From: Verrucomicrobiota bacterium
Lineage (GTDB): Bacteria > Verrucomicrobiota > Verrucomicrobiia > Opitutales > Coraliomargaritaceae
DNA: 64,000 nt
Assembly (NCBI GenBank): GCA_039815375.1
Contig: JBCBZJ010000009.1
Span: forward strand, 46,296-110,295
Direction of reading: 5' to 3'
Part shown: positions 9,601-17,998 of the stretch, piece after piece
Layout: each line of letters begins with the position of its first letter
How positions within the stretch are numbered: the first letter of the stretch is position 1
The notes under the pieces: model-generated
Database searches by the model: none
What the model was told of the DNA's origin: nothing
What the model saw: only the letters and a program-made list of their open reading frames with translations
Made by a program: the position numbers and the translations under genes

Positions 9601-12221
9601 CCGGTTCCGTGGGCTTCTATACCGATGATCTGTTCTGCATCGACCTGACTGTTACGCAAAGCCTGGCGGATGACATCGCGCTGGGCCAATCCACTCGGAA
9701 CAGTCAATCCGCTGGTATGGCCATTGTGATTGACCGCGGAACCTTCGATTGTGGCGAGAACTTGATCTCCGTCCTCGAGAGCTTGTTGCAGTGGCTTCAG
9801 GATGACGATGCCGCAACCTTCTCCGCGAACATAACCGTTTGCGGCCGCATCAAAGCTTCGGCAGCGTGCCTGGGGCGATAGGGCATGTGCCTGGCTCAGG
9901 TAGATCGAACTTTCGGGAGAGGTCAGCAGTTGAACCCCGCCGACAATTGCGGTTCGGCAGCTTCCGTCCCGTATGCTTTGGCAGGCTTGATGGACTGCGA
10001 CGAGTGATGAGGAACAGGCGGTGTCGACGGCTACGCACGGTCCTTGAATGCCGAGGAAGTAGGACAGGCGTCCGGCCGCGGTGAAATGCGCATTGCCGGT
10101 GCCAATATAGCCTTTCTCGTGCAGGCGCTGATCCATATCCAGTCGATGCGCATAGTCCGCATGACTGATGCCGACGAAAACACCGGTTTGCGAGCCATGT
10201 AGCGTACGTGGTGCGATGCCGGCATGTTCGAGGGCCTCCCAAGTGACTTCGAGTAGCCAGCGCTGCTGAGGGTCTAGGGAGATTGCTTCCTTGGGCGAGA
10301 GTTCGAAGAAGCCGGAATCAAAGCCGGCGATATCTTCGATAAAACCACCCTGGCTCAGATAGGCTTCCTCCGGGGGGATGCTCCATCGGTTTTTGGGAAC
10401 GGAACGGATCGCGTCTGTGCCTTCGCTGAGTTGTTCCCAGAGTTCTTCTGTTGTGCTGGCTTCTCCGGGGAAGCGGCAGGCCATGCCAATGATGGCGATT
10501 GCTTCATTTTCTGAAGATGGATCTGCCTCACCCGAAACATTTTCCTGAATCGATGCTGCTTGAACGCCCGGTGCTTTCAACTGTGCGATGTATCTACCAA
10601 GTGCCTGGGGAGTTTGATAGCTGAAAAGTAGTGGGGCTGCAATCGATACGTCCAGCTGTTGATTGAGCTCGTCCACCATACGAACTGCATCAATTGAATT
10701 GAGGCCGAGCTGGAAGAAGCCCAGTTCGGGATTGAGACTTCCGCTTTCATCCAGTTCGAGAATGTTACGGATGGTCGCAAGTATGGTCCCGGTAAACTGC
10801 TCGCTGAGCTGCCGTTGGGGAATGCGCCCTAAGTTTGGGGCGGATGCTTTATCCTTTATTTCGGTTTGCTTCGGATTTTGGGAATCAAGAAAAGGAGCGG
10901 AGCGGAGGGCTTGGCAAAAATTCGCTACGTCCACTGGGTAGTTGCGGACGAAAAGAGTGGCGACAAAAGTCAAAAGTTGCTCGATGCCGGGTTTGTTTTC
11001 CAGACTTGTGGCCTGTGCGAAGCAGCCCTTGCCTCGCAGAGTATCCCGAACGAAACCAGTCAGACGTCCACCAGGGCCAACTTCCAGGAAATGAGTTATG
11101 CCGTCCCGATGCAGTTGTTTGAGAGTCTTTACGAAACATACCGGAGTCAGCCATTGCTCGATCAATTCCTTCATCAGTTCGGTGCTTTCAGAACCGAGAC
11201 GCTGACCGGTTGAGCAGCTGTAGACTGGTGTCCGGGGGCCCAGCAAATCAAGCTCGGCATAGGCCTCGCTCAAAGCCTGCCGTGTGATAGGAAGCCGTTC
11301 GCTATGTGCAGGAAAGTCCATACCCGACAAAATAGCGGCGGTCTCACCATGAGAGGACAGTCCTCGAATCAGCTCGGGAAGTTCTTCATTCTTAAGACAG
11401 TAGATACTCTGCTGCGGGCAGTTGTCCTTGGTCAGCGTGAGCGAGGGAAAAGTCGAAGCGTCCAGGTCCTCCAAAGTATTCCTTGCCGATGCCGTAAGGA
11501 TCGCCATAGCCCAGTCGTCGTTGGAACCATCTTCAACCTGCAGTTGACTTGCGAGTGTTTGGAAAAGTTCGAATATCGGTTCAACCTCCGAGACGTAGCC
11601 ACCAGCGTAAAGGCAGGTCGCCTCACCGATACTATGGCCCGTGACGACGTCCGGAGAGATTCCGAGAACTTCGGTTAGTAGGTAGTAACATGCGAGGTTG
11701 CTGAGAACAATGCTATCGATATGATGCAGATACTTGCGTTGCAGCTTATGAAGCGGCTGCGCGGCTCCTTGATTCTTTGTGCGACGATACGGAAACAGGC
11801 TTGGATTAGCTTGAAAACGTTCCTGCAGCTCAGGACTCAGACTGGCGAACCAAGCCTCAATTTGAGGGAAATGTCGGTGCAGGTCGTCAAAAAGACTCGG
11901 GTGTTCCGCACCAAAGCCGGGAAATAGGAAGGCTGTTTTGGGTGGAGGATCGGCCGTGTAGCGATAGAAGATCGAGGTGCCAATGGTGAAGCTGGCCTTT
12001 TCACTTTTACTCAGGCGCTCGATGGCCTGGGCTCTAAGCCTGTTCAACTCTGTCGGCGAATCCGCGATCAATGCCAGCCGATGGCTTCCGCTTCCCGGAT
12101 CGCTCACTGCATCCTCGCTGCCTGACTCGATCAGCTGGAGCAGGGAGATCTTACTCTCTGCGGCATAGGTAAAGAGGCGTTGCTTGCTAAGCCTTCGTGA
12201 AAACATGCCAAGCTTACTCAT
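6612..12221 (-). CDS. Type I modular PKS: loading AT-ACP + KS-AT(malonyl)-DH(inactive)-ACP + C-terminal docking motif
   Basis: Motifs in order: AT GHSIG, ACP LGLNSI, KS DTACSSS/HGTGT/GHLEAAAG, AT GQGSQ/GHSIG/HAFHS, DH-like QQQIQGKTYLP, ACP GMDSI, C-terminal WVEGEI. Its stop overlaps the NRPS start (ATGA). Confidence 0.93.
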   Translation of the reverse strand: MSKLGMFSRRLSKQRLFTYAAESKISLLQLIESGSEDAVSDPGSGSHRLALIADSPTELNRLRAQAIERLSKSEKASFTIGTSIFYRYTADPPPKTAFLFPGFGAEHPSLFDDLHRHFPQIEAWFASLSPELQERFQANPSLFPYRRTKNQGAAQPLHKLQRKYLHHIDSIVLSNLACYYLLTEVLGISPDVVTGHSIGEATCLYAGGYVSEVEPIFELFQTLASQLQVEDGSNDDWAMAILTASARNTLEDLDASTFPSLTLTKDNCPQQSIYCLKNEELPELIRGLSSHGETAAILSGMDFPAHSERLPITRQALSEAYAELDLLGPRTPVYSCSTGQRLGSESTELMKELIEQWLTPVCFVKTLKQLHRDGITHFLEVGPGGRLTGFVRDTLRGKGCFAQATSLENKPGIEQLLTFVATLFVRNYPVDVANFCQALRSAPFLDSQNPKQTEIKDKASAPNLGRIPQRQLSEQFTGTILATIRNILELDESGSLNPELGFFQLGLNSIDAVRMVDELNQQLDVSIAAPLLFSYQTPQALGRYIAQLKAPGVQAASIQENVSGEADPSSENEAIAIIGMACRFPGEASTTEELWEQLSEGTDAIRSVPKNRWSIPPEEAYLSQGGFIEDIAGFDSGFFELSPKEAISLDPQQRWLLEVTWEALEHAGIAPRTLHGSQTGVFVGISHADYAHRLDMDQRLHEKGYIGTGNAHFTAAGRLSYFLGIQGPCVAVDTACSSSLVAVHQACQSIRDGSCRTAIVGGVQLLTSPESSIYLSQAHALSPQARCRSFDAAANGYVRGEGCGIVILKPLQQALEDGDQVLATIEGSAVNHNGHTSGLTVPSGLAQRDVIRQALRNSQVDAEQIIGIEAHGTGTSLGDPIEAQALGEIFARSHSSSSPLLVSSIKSYIGHLEAAAGIAGLIKATLQLQKRQFLPGLHFEQPNPHIDWETLPIEVCQESVCWDTFAPNQSIGVSSFGISGTNAHVILSEHRGGIPNASADHVSELRRRSHLLTLSAKTPSALNQMRERYRAFLSHSGKPLEDICQTSNLGRSHFAYREAYAIRSRKEAAERIGQQMEAPAKRVEPYRPQLAFLFTGQGSQYPKMGYGLYQTEPIFRATIDACEAIAQSQGYSILETIRRSGENESAESTSIHRTEFAQPCLFALQYALGKLWAHWGIEPDTLLGHSIGEYAACCLAGVFSLEDALRMVRHRGQLMQSLPENGTMLSVETDEATILELLSDSQLQLSVAAVNTANSVVLSGLTRTVEQVSELLKARSVACTRLHVSHAFHSELMDPMLEPFRTIAQETSYHSPTLPVISSMTGQLESQAFATPDYWVEQIRATVRFEASLQQVVANGCGLFLELGPKPTLLNLAQGIPECSKISMVSSLHPRTNDDHHIIEALGQLYEAGYLPNWQNYHRHHPGKRTTLPSYPFAKERYWIEPDRAKSRSNGKAINNRTLLGEALTLPGTANSRRFESHCSRSQPKFWKQQQIQGKTYLPNAAILAILRKAAEVCQTSATYEIRDLTLLNAVELTEESCTLHTEITQPNTETAEATLFARPTPEAGWQTIASAHLPASPATWNTQEQWPKPTPASGQTTTEGNTYYESSQRIGFQTAPALQSMQQLISSPEAIQTRISIPAPASDSHPDRPWITLLDAASQALGAFILQKAPGKLFVPEEAASILFGDAEPQGDYHVQVRESPNTFAETKLSVDILICETSSMQPVLYFEQMCCTETQWSATKDRKNEESTESVLEWLNASADDEERSRRLERYLRKVLVAILGLSSTSAVDPGANFNSQGMDSIMSMALRIQLQQDLFIELKQTPHLQDLELSGLIQLVAEALDSTEKESEVLQLSAAGAATQWVEGEI

Positions 12222-12482
12222 TTCGGGATTTGATTTTTAGGATCATTCCATGAAAGCCTTTTGAAATTTTTGTTAGCATACGTTTGTTTTACAATCTACT
12301 TGCCTTTTCAAAATATTGTTTGCTCTTTAGTCAAGGGTTCGAAAATTTCTATTTCAAACGCCTGATATACCAGACAAAACAATGATTCTACCGGAAGCAG
12401 GTTAAGTCTTTGATCCGTGGAGTTATCTGTCCCGTTCAGGGACTTTTTTAATTAAATCAATACCACTAAACGAAACATCAAA

Positions 12483-12788
12483 ATGATCAGAGAAAAGAAC
12501 GATATACTTGTGACAATTTCCGGGATTCTGACGACAATGCTGGAAGACATGGGTATCGAGGAGGAGATTGAGACTGGTTCCAAACTTGTTGAGGACCTGG
12601 GATTTTCATCGGTAGATTCCCTGCACATTATGGCATCAATTGATATGGAATTGGGTAAAAAATTGCCTTACGAAAAATTGGTTTTACGTGGAGGCCAATA
12701 TGTAAGCGATCTGACGGTTCAGGAATTAGCTGATTTTGTCTACGACACACAGGATCGCGAAGACCCTGAGCCAATGAAGATGTCGTAG
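12483..12788 (+). CDS. Discrete acyl carrier protein
   Basis: Acidic 101 aa protein with LVEDLGFSSVD (phosphopantetheine Ser) and DLTVQELADFV. Confidence 0.85.
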   Translation: MIREKNDILVTISGILTTMLEDMGIEEEIETGSKLVEDLGFSSVDSLHIMASIDMELGKKLPYEKLVLRGGQYVSDLTVQELADFVYDTQDREDPEPMKMS

Positions 12789-12789
12789 C

Positions 12790-13965
12790 GTGAGTACACG
12801 CCCTCCTCGTCTTGCGCTCTATTGTCATAACCTTTGGGGCCTGGGGCACATCGCCCGTTCGGTGCGTATTGCTGATGCGGCGGTTGAGCTGCTCAACGCA
12901 GACTGCGCAATCGTAACCGGTTGTCGCTGTTTGAATGCCAGTGGGCTCAAGATTCAGGATTCCATACACATTGAGTCCCTGCCTCCTGCGCAGTTCGACA
13001 ATGTCGGTCGTTTCTTTGAATATGGGAACCCGGATAATACGCAGATACTACAACAGCGTGCTGAGCAGATCCTCACTTTTTTAAGAGAGTGGGGGGCAGA
13101 TGTGGTTATTGTGGACAACCTGCCGCTCGGCCTGGGAGGCGAAATGATCGAGGCATTGAATGCAGCGACTCTGGAGTCGTGGCCAACCCGCTTTGTTTGG
13201 GGGATGCCCTATCCGGAATGCGAGGGTAAGACGAATCGTCCGCCCCGTAATCCCAAGATCATTCGTTCTTTTGAACGTTACGATTTGGCGATCGCTTACA
13301 CGGAAGAGTCCTGGTTGCCGGTTTTTCCGGAATATCAGGCCTATGGGCTTCCGGAACGACAGGACTATGTCGGTATGGTTGCGCCTCGCCTGGCTACGAC
13401 GCCACCTTCGGAGGTTCCGTTGATTGCGGTTATGGCTGGCGGTGGCCGTGAAAGCCACGTTGTGCTTGAGTGGACGGTAGCCGGGCTGCGTCCCCAACTG
13501 GAGGATGGGAGTCTGCAACTCAGAATACTGGTCGGACCCCTTGGCGACTGGGAACGGGCGGAGCACTTGGTTGAGGGACTGCGAGGGGTTGAGCTTCTCT
13601 CTGAAGCATCGATGGACGAAGTCATCAATGGTGCCCATGTCGTCGTCTCCCGCATGGGATACAACTCAACCTTCTCTTTGCTGCAAACGGAGATTCCGCT
13701 GGTCTTTGTGCCTTTGCCGACTCGCGATGACGAGCAAACCAATCGTGGCGAGCGTGTGAAGTGTCTTGACCGTATTTGGGTGATTGACCAGCGAGCGGAC
13801 GAGGCGGATCGTTCCTTGATCGGTGCTTTGAAGTCTGCACTGTCTGCACCGCGGTCGCCGCGCTCCCTGCCGTTTTCCTTATCCGGTGCTCAGCAAACGG
13901 CTCGGTGGGTCCAGCGCCTCACCCAAGAGGCTCGGGATCTTGAGTTGGAGGACTTGCGTCTGTAA
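12790..13965 (+). CDS. GT-B fold glycosyltransferase (GT28/COG4671-like)
   Basis: N-terminal YCHNLWGLGHIAR, VDNLPLGLGGE, MAGGG, VSRMGYNS and DEQTNR motifs. Starts 1 nt after the ACP stop. Confidence 0.82.
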   Translation: MSTRPPRLALYCHNLWGLGHIARSVRIADAAVELLNADCAIVTGCRCLNASGLKIQDSIHIESLPPAQFDNVGRFFEYGNPDNTQILQQRAEQILTFLREWGADVVIVDNLPLGLGGEMIEALNAATLESWPTRFVWGMPYPECEGKTNRPPRNPKIIRSFERYDLAIAYTEESWLPVFPEYQAYGLPERQDYVGMVAPRLATTPPSEVPLIAVMAGGGRESHVVLEWTVAGLRPQLEDGSLQLRILVGPLGDWERAEHLVEGLRGVELLSEASMDEVINGAHVVVSRMGYNSTFSLLQTEIPLVFVPLPTRDDEQTNRGERVKCLDRIWVIDQRADEADRSLIGALKSALSAPRSPRSLPFSLSGAQQTARWVQRLTQEARDLELEDLRL

Positions 13966-13996
13966 TCTGTGGCTTGATCGTCGCTCGCGAGGGAGC

Positions 13997-14734
13997 TCAC
14001 CAGTTATGGTCTTTCGCATAGCTGTAGCGTATCAGCATCTCTCCGGCAACTTGTTTGAAGGCACTCTTCTCCCCGTCACTCATACGCTCCCATTTTCCTC
14101 GGGCATCATAGACCGGCTGATTGATCTGCCAGTTTCGGTAGCGGTCGTGATTATCGCCTTTGCCGTCAGGTGGGCGTTCGATGGTGTTGGCGTAGTAATA
14201 CTTTTTCTCGGTGTGGTAGTTGAAGACGGCTTCGTCGTATGGGAGTTCGAGAAAACTGAGAATATCTTCGAGAGTGGCCTGATAGGACTCGATGAGTGAT
14301 TCGTAGTGAACGATGTGCACGCCGGGGCTGTCCCAGTAGGGTTCGGCGGCGAGGTTGTCTTTATACCAGCGGTTGATGCCCATGTCCAAGTTGTCGTAAC
14401 GGTCCTGTAAGGAGCAAGCAACGTCACGGCCGTCTCGGATCATCAGAAGAATCTTCGCGTTGGGACGTAGCTTGAGCAGCTTCGGGATACAGTGAATGTG
14501 GCGCGGGCTCTTTTCGATCCATCGGCGGAGGGACCGATCACTGGTTTCCTGGTCGAATCGTGCCATATGCTTTTCGGCATTGGGCACGAAGCCGACATTG
14601 GTCTCTTGCTCGATTGTATAGAGCTGGTTGTGCGAACCGATGATGGAGAGCAGAAGGCTGGTTCCGCTGTGTCCGCAACCGACGATAAAGATGGGCGGAT
14701 CGACTTTGGTAGGCGTGAGCGTGCTTTCTTCCAC
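13997..14734 (-). CDS. PAPS-dependent sulfotransferase
   Basis: 5'-PSB-like IFIVGCGHSGTSLL, WIEKSP, 3'-PB-like IRDGRDVACS, and HYESL. Confidence 0.85.
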   Translation of the reverse strand: MEESTLTPTKVDPPIFIVGCGHSGTSLLLSIIGSHNQLYTIEQETNVGFVPNAEKHMARFDQETSDRSLRRWIEKSPRHIHCIPKLLKLRPNAKILLMIRDGRDVACSLQDRYDNLDMGINRWYKDNLAAEPYWDSPGVHIVHYESLIESYQATLEDILSFLELPYDEAVFNYHTEKKYYYANTIERPPDGKGDNHDRYRNWQINQPVYDARGKWERMSDGEKSAFKQVAGEMLIRYSYAKDHNW

Positions 14735-14745
14735 GGTCTGACTTC

Positions 14746-15984
14746 TCAGTTTGCGAGGACGGCCTGCTGTGATTGGCGGAAGCGTTGGCTAGTGGCTTCA
14801 ACCGCGGTTTTCACCTTCTCCATTTCACTTTCGGGTAGGACGACCGGAGCAGGGAGGGTGATGAGGCGCGGCACGATGGTTTCGGCAACTTCGCAGCGAT
14901 GTGGAACGACCTTTTGTTCCGCACCCGGCCACTGGTATGGGGCCTGGTGTTGAAGCAATGGCCAGTAGTGATTGGGCTCGACCGGAAGACCGCCGGCACG
15001 AAGGCTCTCTTCGATCATTTGGATTGGCGTGTCGCCCCATTCTTCCTGTGGCACCTGAAAGACGAGGCGCCAGTAGACCCGTTCGTCGCCCGTCCGGACC
15101 TTCTGCGGTCGGAAACCGTTTGCCTCAAAAAGGGTTTCGATTTCCCGGCAGGTCGCTTGCAGGCGTTTCTTTTTTGCATCGAAGCGTTTGATCTGTGGCG
15201 TTGCCAGAGCGAGTCCGGCGATGTGCGGACGAAGCTTTAGACCGACCGCATCCGAAGTCCACTCAAAGGTCTTGATGTCCTGTGCGGCCCGTTTGACATG
15301 GCCCAGCACAACCATCTTATCGCGAAGTTCGGGATTGTTGGTTACCGCTGCACCCAGTTCGCCGCCCGTGATCAGCTTGCGCATCCCAAGCGAGTAGCAA
15401 GTGATATCGGCCCAGTGCCCAAGCGGCTTGCCCTGATGAGTTGCTCCATGGGCGTGGGAGGCGTCGGAAATGATGGGCAAGTCAGTTGCGCGACGAATGG
15501 CTTCGATCCCGGCGGGCACACCCCATGGATGATGAAGGAGCACGGCTTTGCTGCGCGTGGTCAAGCGGCTCGCAATCGTCTCGGGGTCGAGGGCCAGAGT
15601 TTCGGGATCCATATCGCAGGGGACCAGATGAGCCCCCAGAGTGGAAATTGCGGCAGCAACGCCGTGATAGCCATAGTCACAGGCCAGCACTTCATCGCCC
15701 GGGCCAATACCCAGTGCCCAAAGTGCGGCATAGAGGGAAGCGGTGCCGTTATTGAAGGCGACGCAATGAGAAGCCCCGGCAAACTGGGCGAACTTGCGCT
15801 CGAACTGGTTGAGTAGCCCTCCATGCGGGACGGTCAAAGTCCCCCTGAGGAGCTGCTTGCTCAGGTTTTCAACATCCTTCTCTTCGACGTCCTGCCAACC
15901 GCCATACCATTTCTGGATACCTGAAAGTGCATCCAGCGATCCGTTTGCCGGAATCGTTGACTGACTAGGCAGTGATGAGTTCAT
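14746..15984 (-). CDS. DegT/DnrJ/EryC1/StrS family PLP-dependent sugar aminotransferase
   Basis: FNNGTASL, DASHAHGA and SLGMRKLITGGELG (PLP Lys) motifs. The likely start is ATG at 15984 (MNSSLP), overlapping the upstream gene's stop; the ORF-track extension to 16284 lies inside the upstream gene. Confidence 0.88.
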   Translation of the reverse strand: MNSSLPSQSTIPANGSLDALSGIQKWYGGWQDVEEKDVENLSKQLLRGTLTVPHGGLLNQFERKFAQFAGASHCVAFNNGTASLYAALWALGIGPGDEVLACDYGYHGVAAAISTLGAHLVPCDMDPETLALDPETIASRLTTRSKAVLLHHPWGVPAGIEAIRRATDLPIISDASHAHGATHQGKPLGHWADITCYSLGMRKLITGGELGAAVTNNPELRDKMVVLGHVKRAAQDIKTFEWTSDAVGLKLRPHIAGLALATPQIKRFDAKKKRLQATCREIETLFEANGFRPQKVRTGDERVYWRLVFQVPQEEWGDTPIQMIEESLRAGGLPVEPNHYWPLLQHQAPYQWPGAEQKVVPHRCEVAETIVPRLITLPAPVVLPESEMEKVKTAVEATSQRFRQSQQAVLAN

Positions 15985-17044
15985 TGTGCGGGATGTTTTC
16001 GTTGTTTCCGGTGCGTGCGGAGGTGTAAACCGTAGTGATGAAACGTGCGACATCCAGTGCTTCATCAAGACTTGCAGCGACTGAAGAGGGCTTGCCCAGA
16101 ATTGCGTCCTGGAAGCTTTGCGCCACCTCGCGATGCGAAGTACCATAATAGGCGATCCCCGGTGAATCCTGCGACGACGCTTCGTTGATCGCTTTGAGTT
16201 GCTTGCGGAACCGATGCTGGCGAGCTCGATCCTCCAGTGTGATGCGGAACACCTGATTGGGATGGCTGATGTCAAAAGCAACAAGCCCCTTTGAGCCGAT
16301 CAATTCAATGTAGGGGCTCCATCGTGAGCCAGCTGATCCGATTACACTGAGAACGCCGAGTGCGCCACTGGCAAACTGGATGTTTGCGGTAAGTGTATCT
16401 TCGGTATCCATGGCTTCGGAATAGTTCAGATTTCCCATCCGTGCAAAAACAGACTCTACCGGGCCACCGAAGTGGAGCAGCATGTCGGCGACGTGAAACG
16501 CCTGATTGATGAGCACCGAACCACCTTCAAGTTCCCAGGAACCGCGCCATGCGCTTTCCTTATAATAGGCGATTGCCTCGCGGAAGCACTCAAGGTGGCC
16601 CCGGATCAATGAAATGCGCCCCAAGGCACCTTCCTTGATGAGTTCGCCGATGAGTTGAATGACGGCATCATGACGATGCTGAATGACCGGCATCGCAATT
16701 GCAGAACTGTCTTCTGCCGCGCTGTGGAGGGAGTCTATTTCCTCCATGCTGATCGCCGGGGGTTTTTCGATCAGCACATGCTTACCCGCCTGCAGTGCCT
16801 GTGTCGCCATTGGCACATGTAAATAGTGTGGGACGCAAAGCGAAATCGAGTCGATGCTTTCGTCAGCAAGTAGAGATTCATAGGAATCGATAACACGCGG
16901 TATCTGATTCTTTGTCGCGAAATCCTGCGCGAGTGTTGCGTCCTTATCGACAACAGCAACGAGTTCAATGTGAGGTAAACGTTGAAACGCATCCACGTGG
17001 TTAGGCGCGATTCTTCCGCATCCGATAATTGAGTGATTGAGCAT
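15965..17044 (-). CDS. Gfo/Idh/MocA family NAD(P)-dependent oxidoreductase (sugar 3-dehydrogenase-like)
   Basis: Rossmann IIGCGRIA, HVLIEKP and WRGSWELEGGSVLINQAFH motifs. Confidence 0.9.
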   Translation of the reverse strand: MLNHSIIGCGRIAPNHVDAFQRLPHIELVAVVDKDATLAQDFATKNQIPRVIDSYESLLADESIDSISLCVPHYLHVPMATQALQAGKHVLIEKPPAISMEEIDSLHSAAEDSSAIAMPVIQHRHDAVIQLIGELIKEGALGRISLIRGHLECFREAIAYYKESAWRGSWELEGGSVLINQAFHVADMLLHFGGPVESVFARMGNLNYSEAMDTEDTLTANIQFASGALGVLSVIGSAGSRWSPYIELIGSKGLVAFDISHPNQVFRITLEDRARQHRFRKQLKAINEASSQDSPGIAYYGTSHREVAQSFQDAILGKPSSVAASLDEALDVARFITTVYTSARTGNNENIPHNELITA

Positions 17045-17146
17045 AAAAAGAGCTTACTAATTTACTGTTAGTGTTTGACAATTAAAATAACCTAAAATTA
17101 GGGAGTATATGCTCGTTTGCACATTTCAATTTTATTGCAGGCTACC

Positions 17147-17929
17147 ATGATCCGAAACATTCTTTACGGCACAAATCCCATTGTTTTTCATGCGCACAGC
17201 CATTACCCGCGGCAGAGGCACTGGCCAAAAATCCGTGAGCATTTCTTTAATTCACAAGAACGTAGCTTAACTGCCTGTAGTGATGTTACGATTGTGACAT
17301 GTAATAACGGGCACAGCGCTATGGGACTTTTTGAGGATAGTCTGGCTCATTTTGGTCTGGACTGTGTCGTCAAGGGGCAGGGGATCGAAAATTGGATCAA
17401 CAGTGAGCACAAACCACCTTTAATTCTGGAAGCTGCCGCCGAAACGACGACGCCCTACCTCCTTTATGTGGATTCCCGTGATGCGATTTTGATGGATGAT
17501 CCGGCGATCCTGGTGGAGCGTTATGAGGCGCACTTCAGGGACTATGACATGGTTTTTAGTTCAGATCTGCTCAGCTGGCCAACCGTCTCCGAGTTTACGC
17601 GATTCGAACGTCAACTGCCGGGAGCTGCAGATACCGAATTCAAATACCTCAATGGCGGGGTCTGGATGGGACGGACAGATTTTTGTCGTGAATTCTGGGA
17701 GCGGGCCGTCCAAACACCGCCTGTTGAGAACCGTAAAGACTCCGAACAGGGCATACTGCGACGCGTCTTTCAGGAGTTCGTTCCGCGCGTGACAATGGAT
17801 TATCGATGTTCGATGTTCCAAAATATTGGTTTTGTGGAAAAACCGATCTTTGAATTTCTGAGCACCGGGCGAAACACGCTTGATGAGGTCGAGGAGAACG
17901 AAGCGGTGCTCCAGAGCGCAGATCGCTAA
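17147..17929 (+). CDS. GT-A fold glycosyltransferase-like protein (PLOD/procollagen GT-domain-like)
   Basis: LLYVDSRDAIL (DxxD), VFSSD, FKYLNGGVWMG, SEQG and MDYRCSMFQN resemble the PLOD-type GT domain. ATG at 17147 chosen over TTG at 17117. Confidence 0.62.
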   Translation: MIRNILYGTNPIVFHAHSHYPRQRHWPKIREHFFNSQERSLTACSDVTIVTCNNGHSAMGLFEDSLAHFGLDCVVKGQGIENWINSEHKPPLILEAAAETTTPYLLYVDSRDAILMDDPAILVERYEAHFRDYDMVFSSDLLSWPTVSEFTRFERQLPGAADTEFKYLNGGVWMGRTDFCREFWERAVQTPPVENRKDSEQGILRRVFQEFVPRVTMDYRCSMFQNIGFVEKPIFEFLSTGRNTLDEVEENEAVLQSADR

Positions 17930-17998
17930 CCTGGCCAGGGTGAGTCTCTATTCGAAGCGGTGTTCTACTGATTTTTCAAGAAATTACGAATCGAGCGA

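Noticed and set aside
15985..16284. 100 aa N-terminal extension of the aminotransferase ORF
   Set aside because: It lies wholly within the Gfo/Idh/MocA gene in another frame; ATG at 15984 gives a normal-length protein.
17075..17110. TTGACA hexamer as a sigma70 promoter (also at 29898)
   Set aside because: No convincing -10 element at 16-18 bp spacing.
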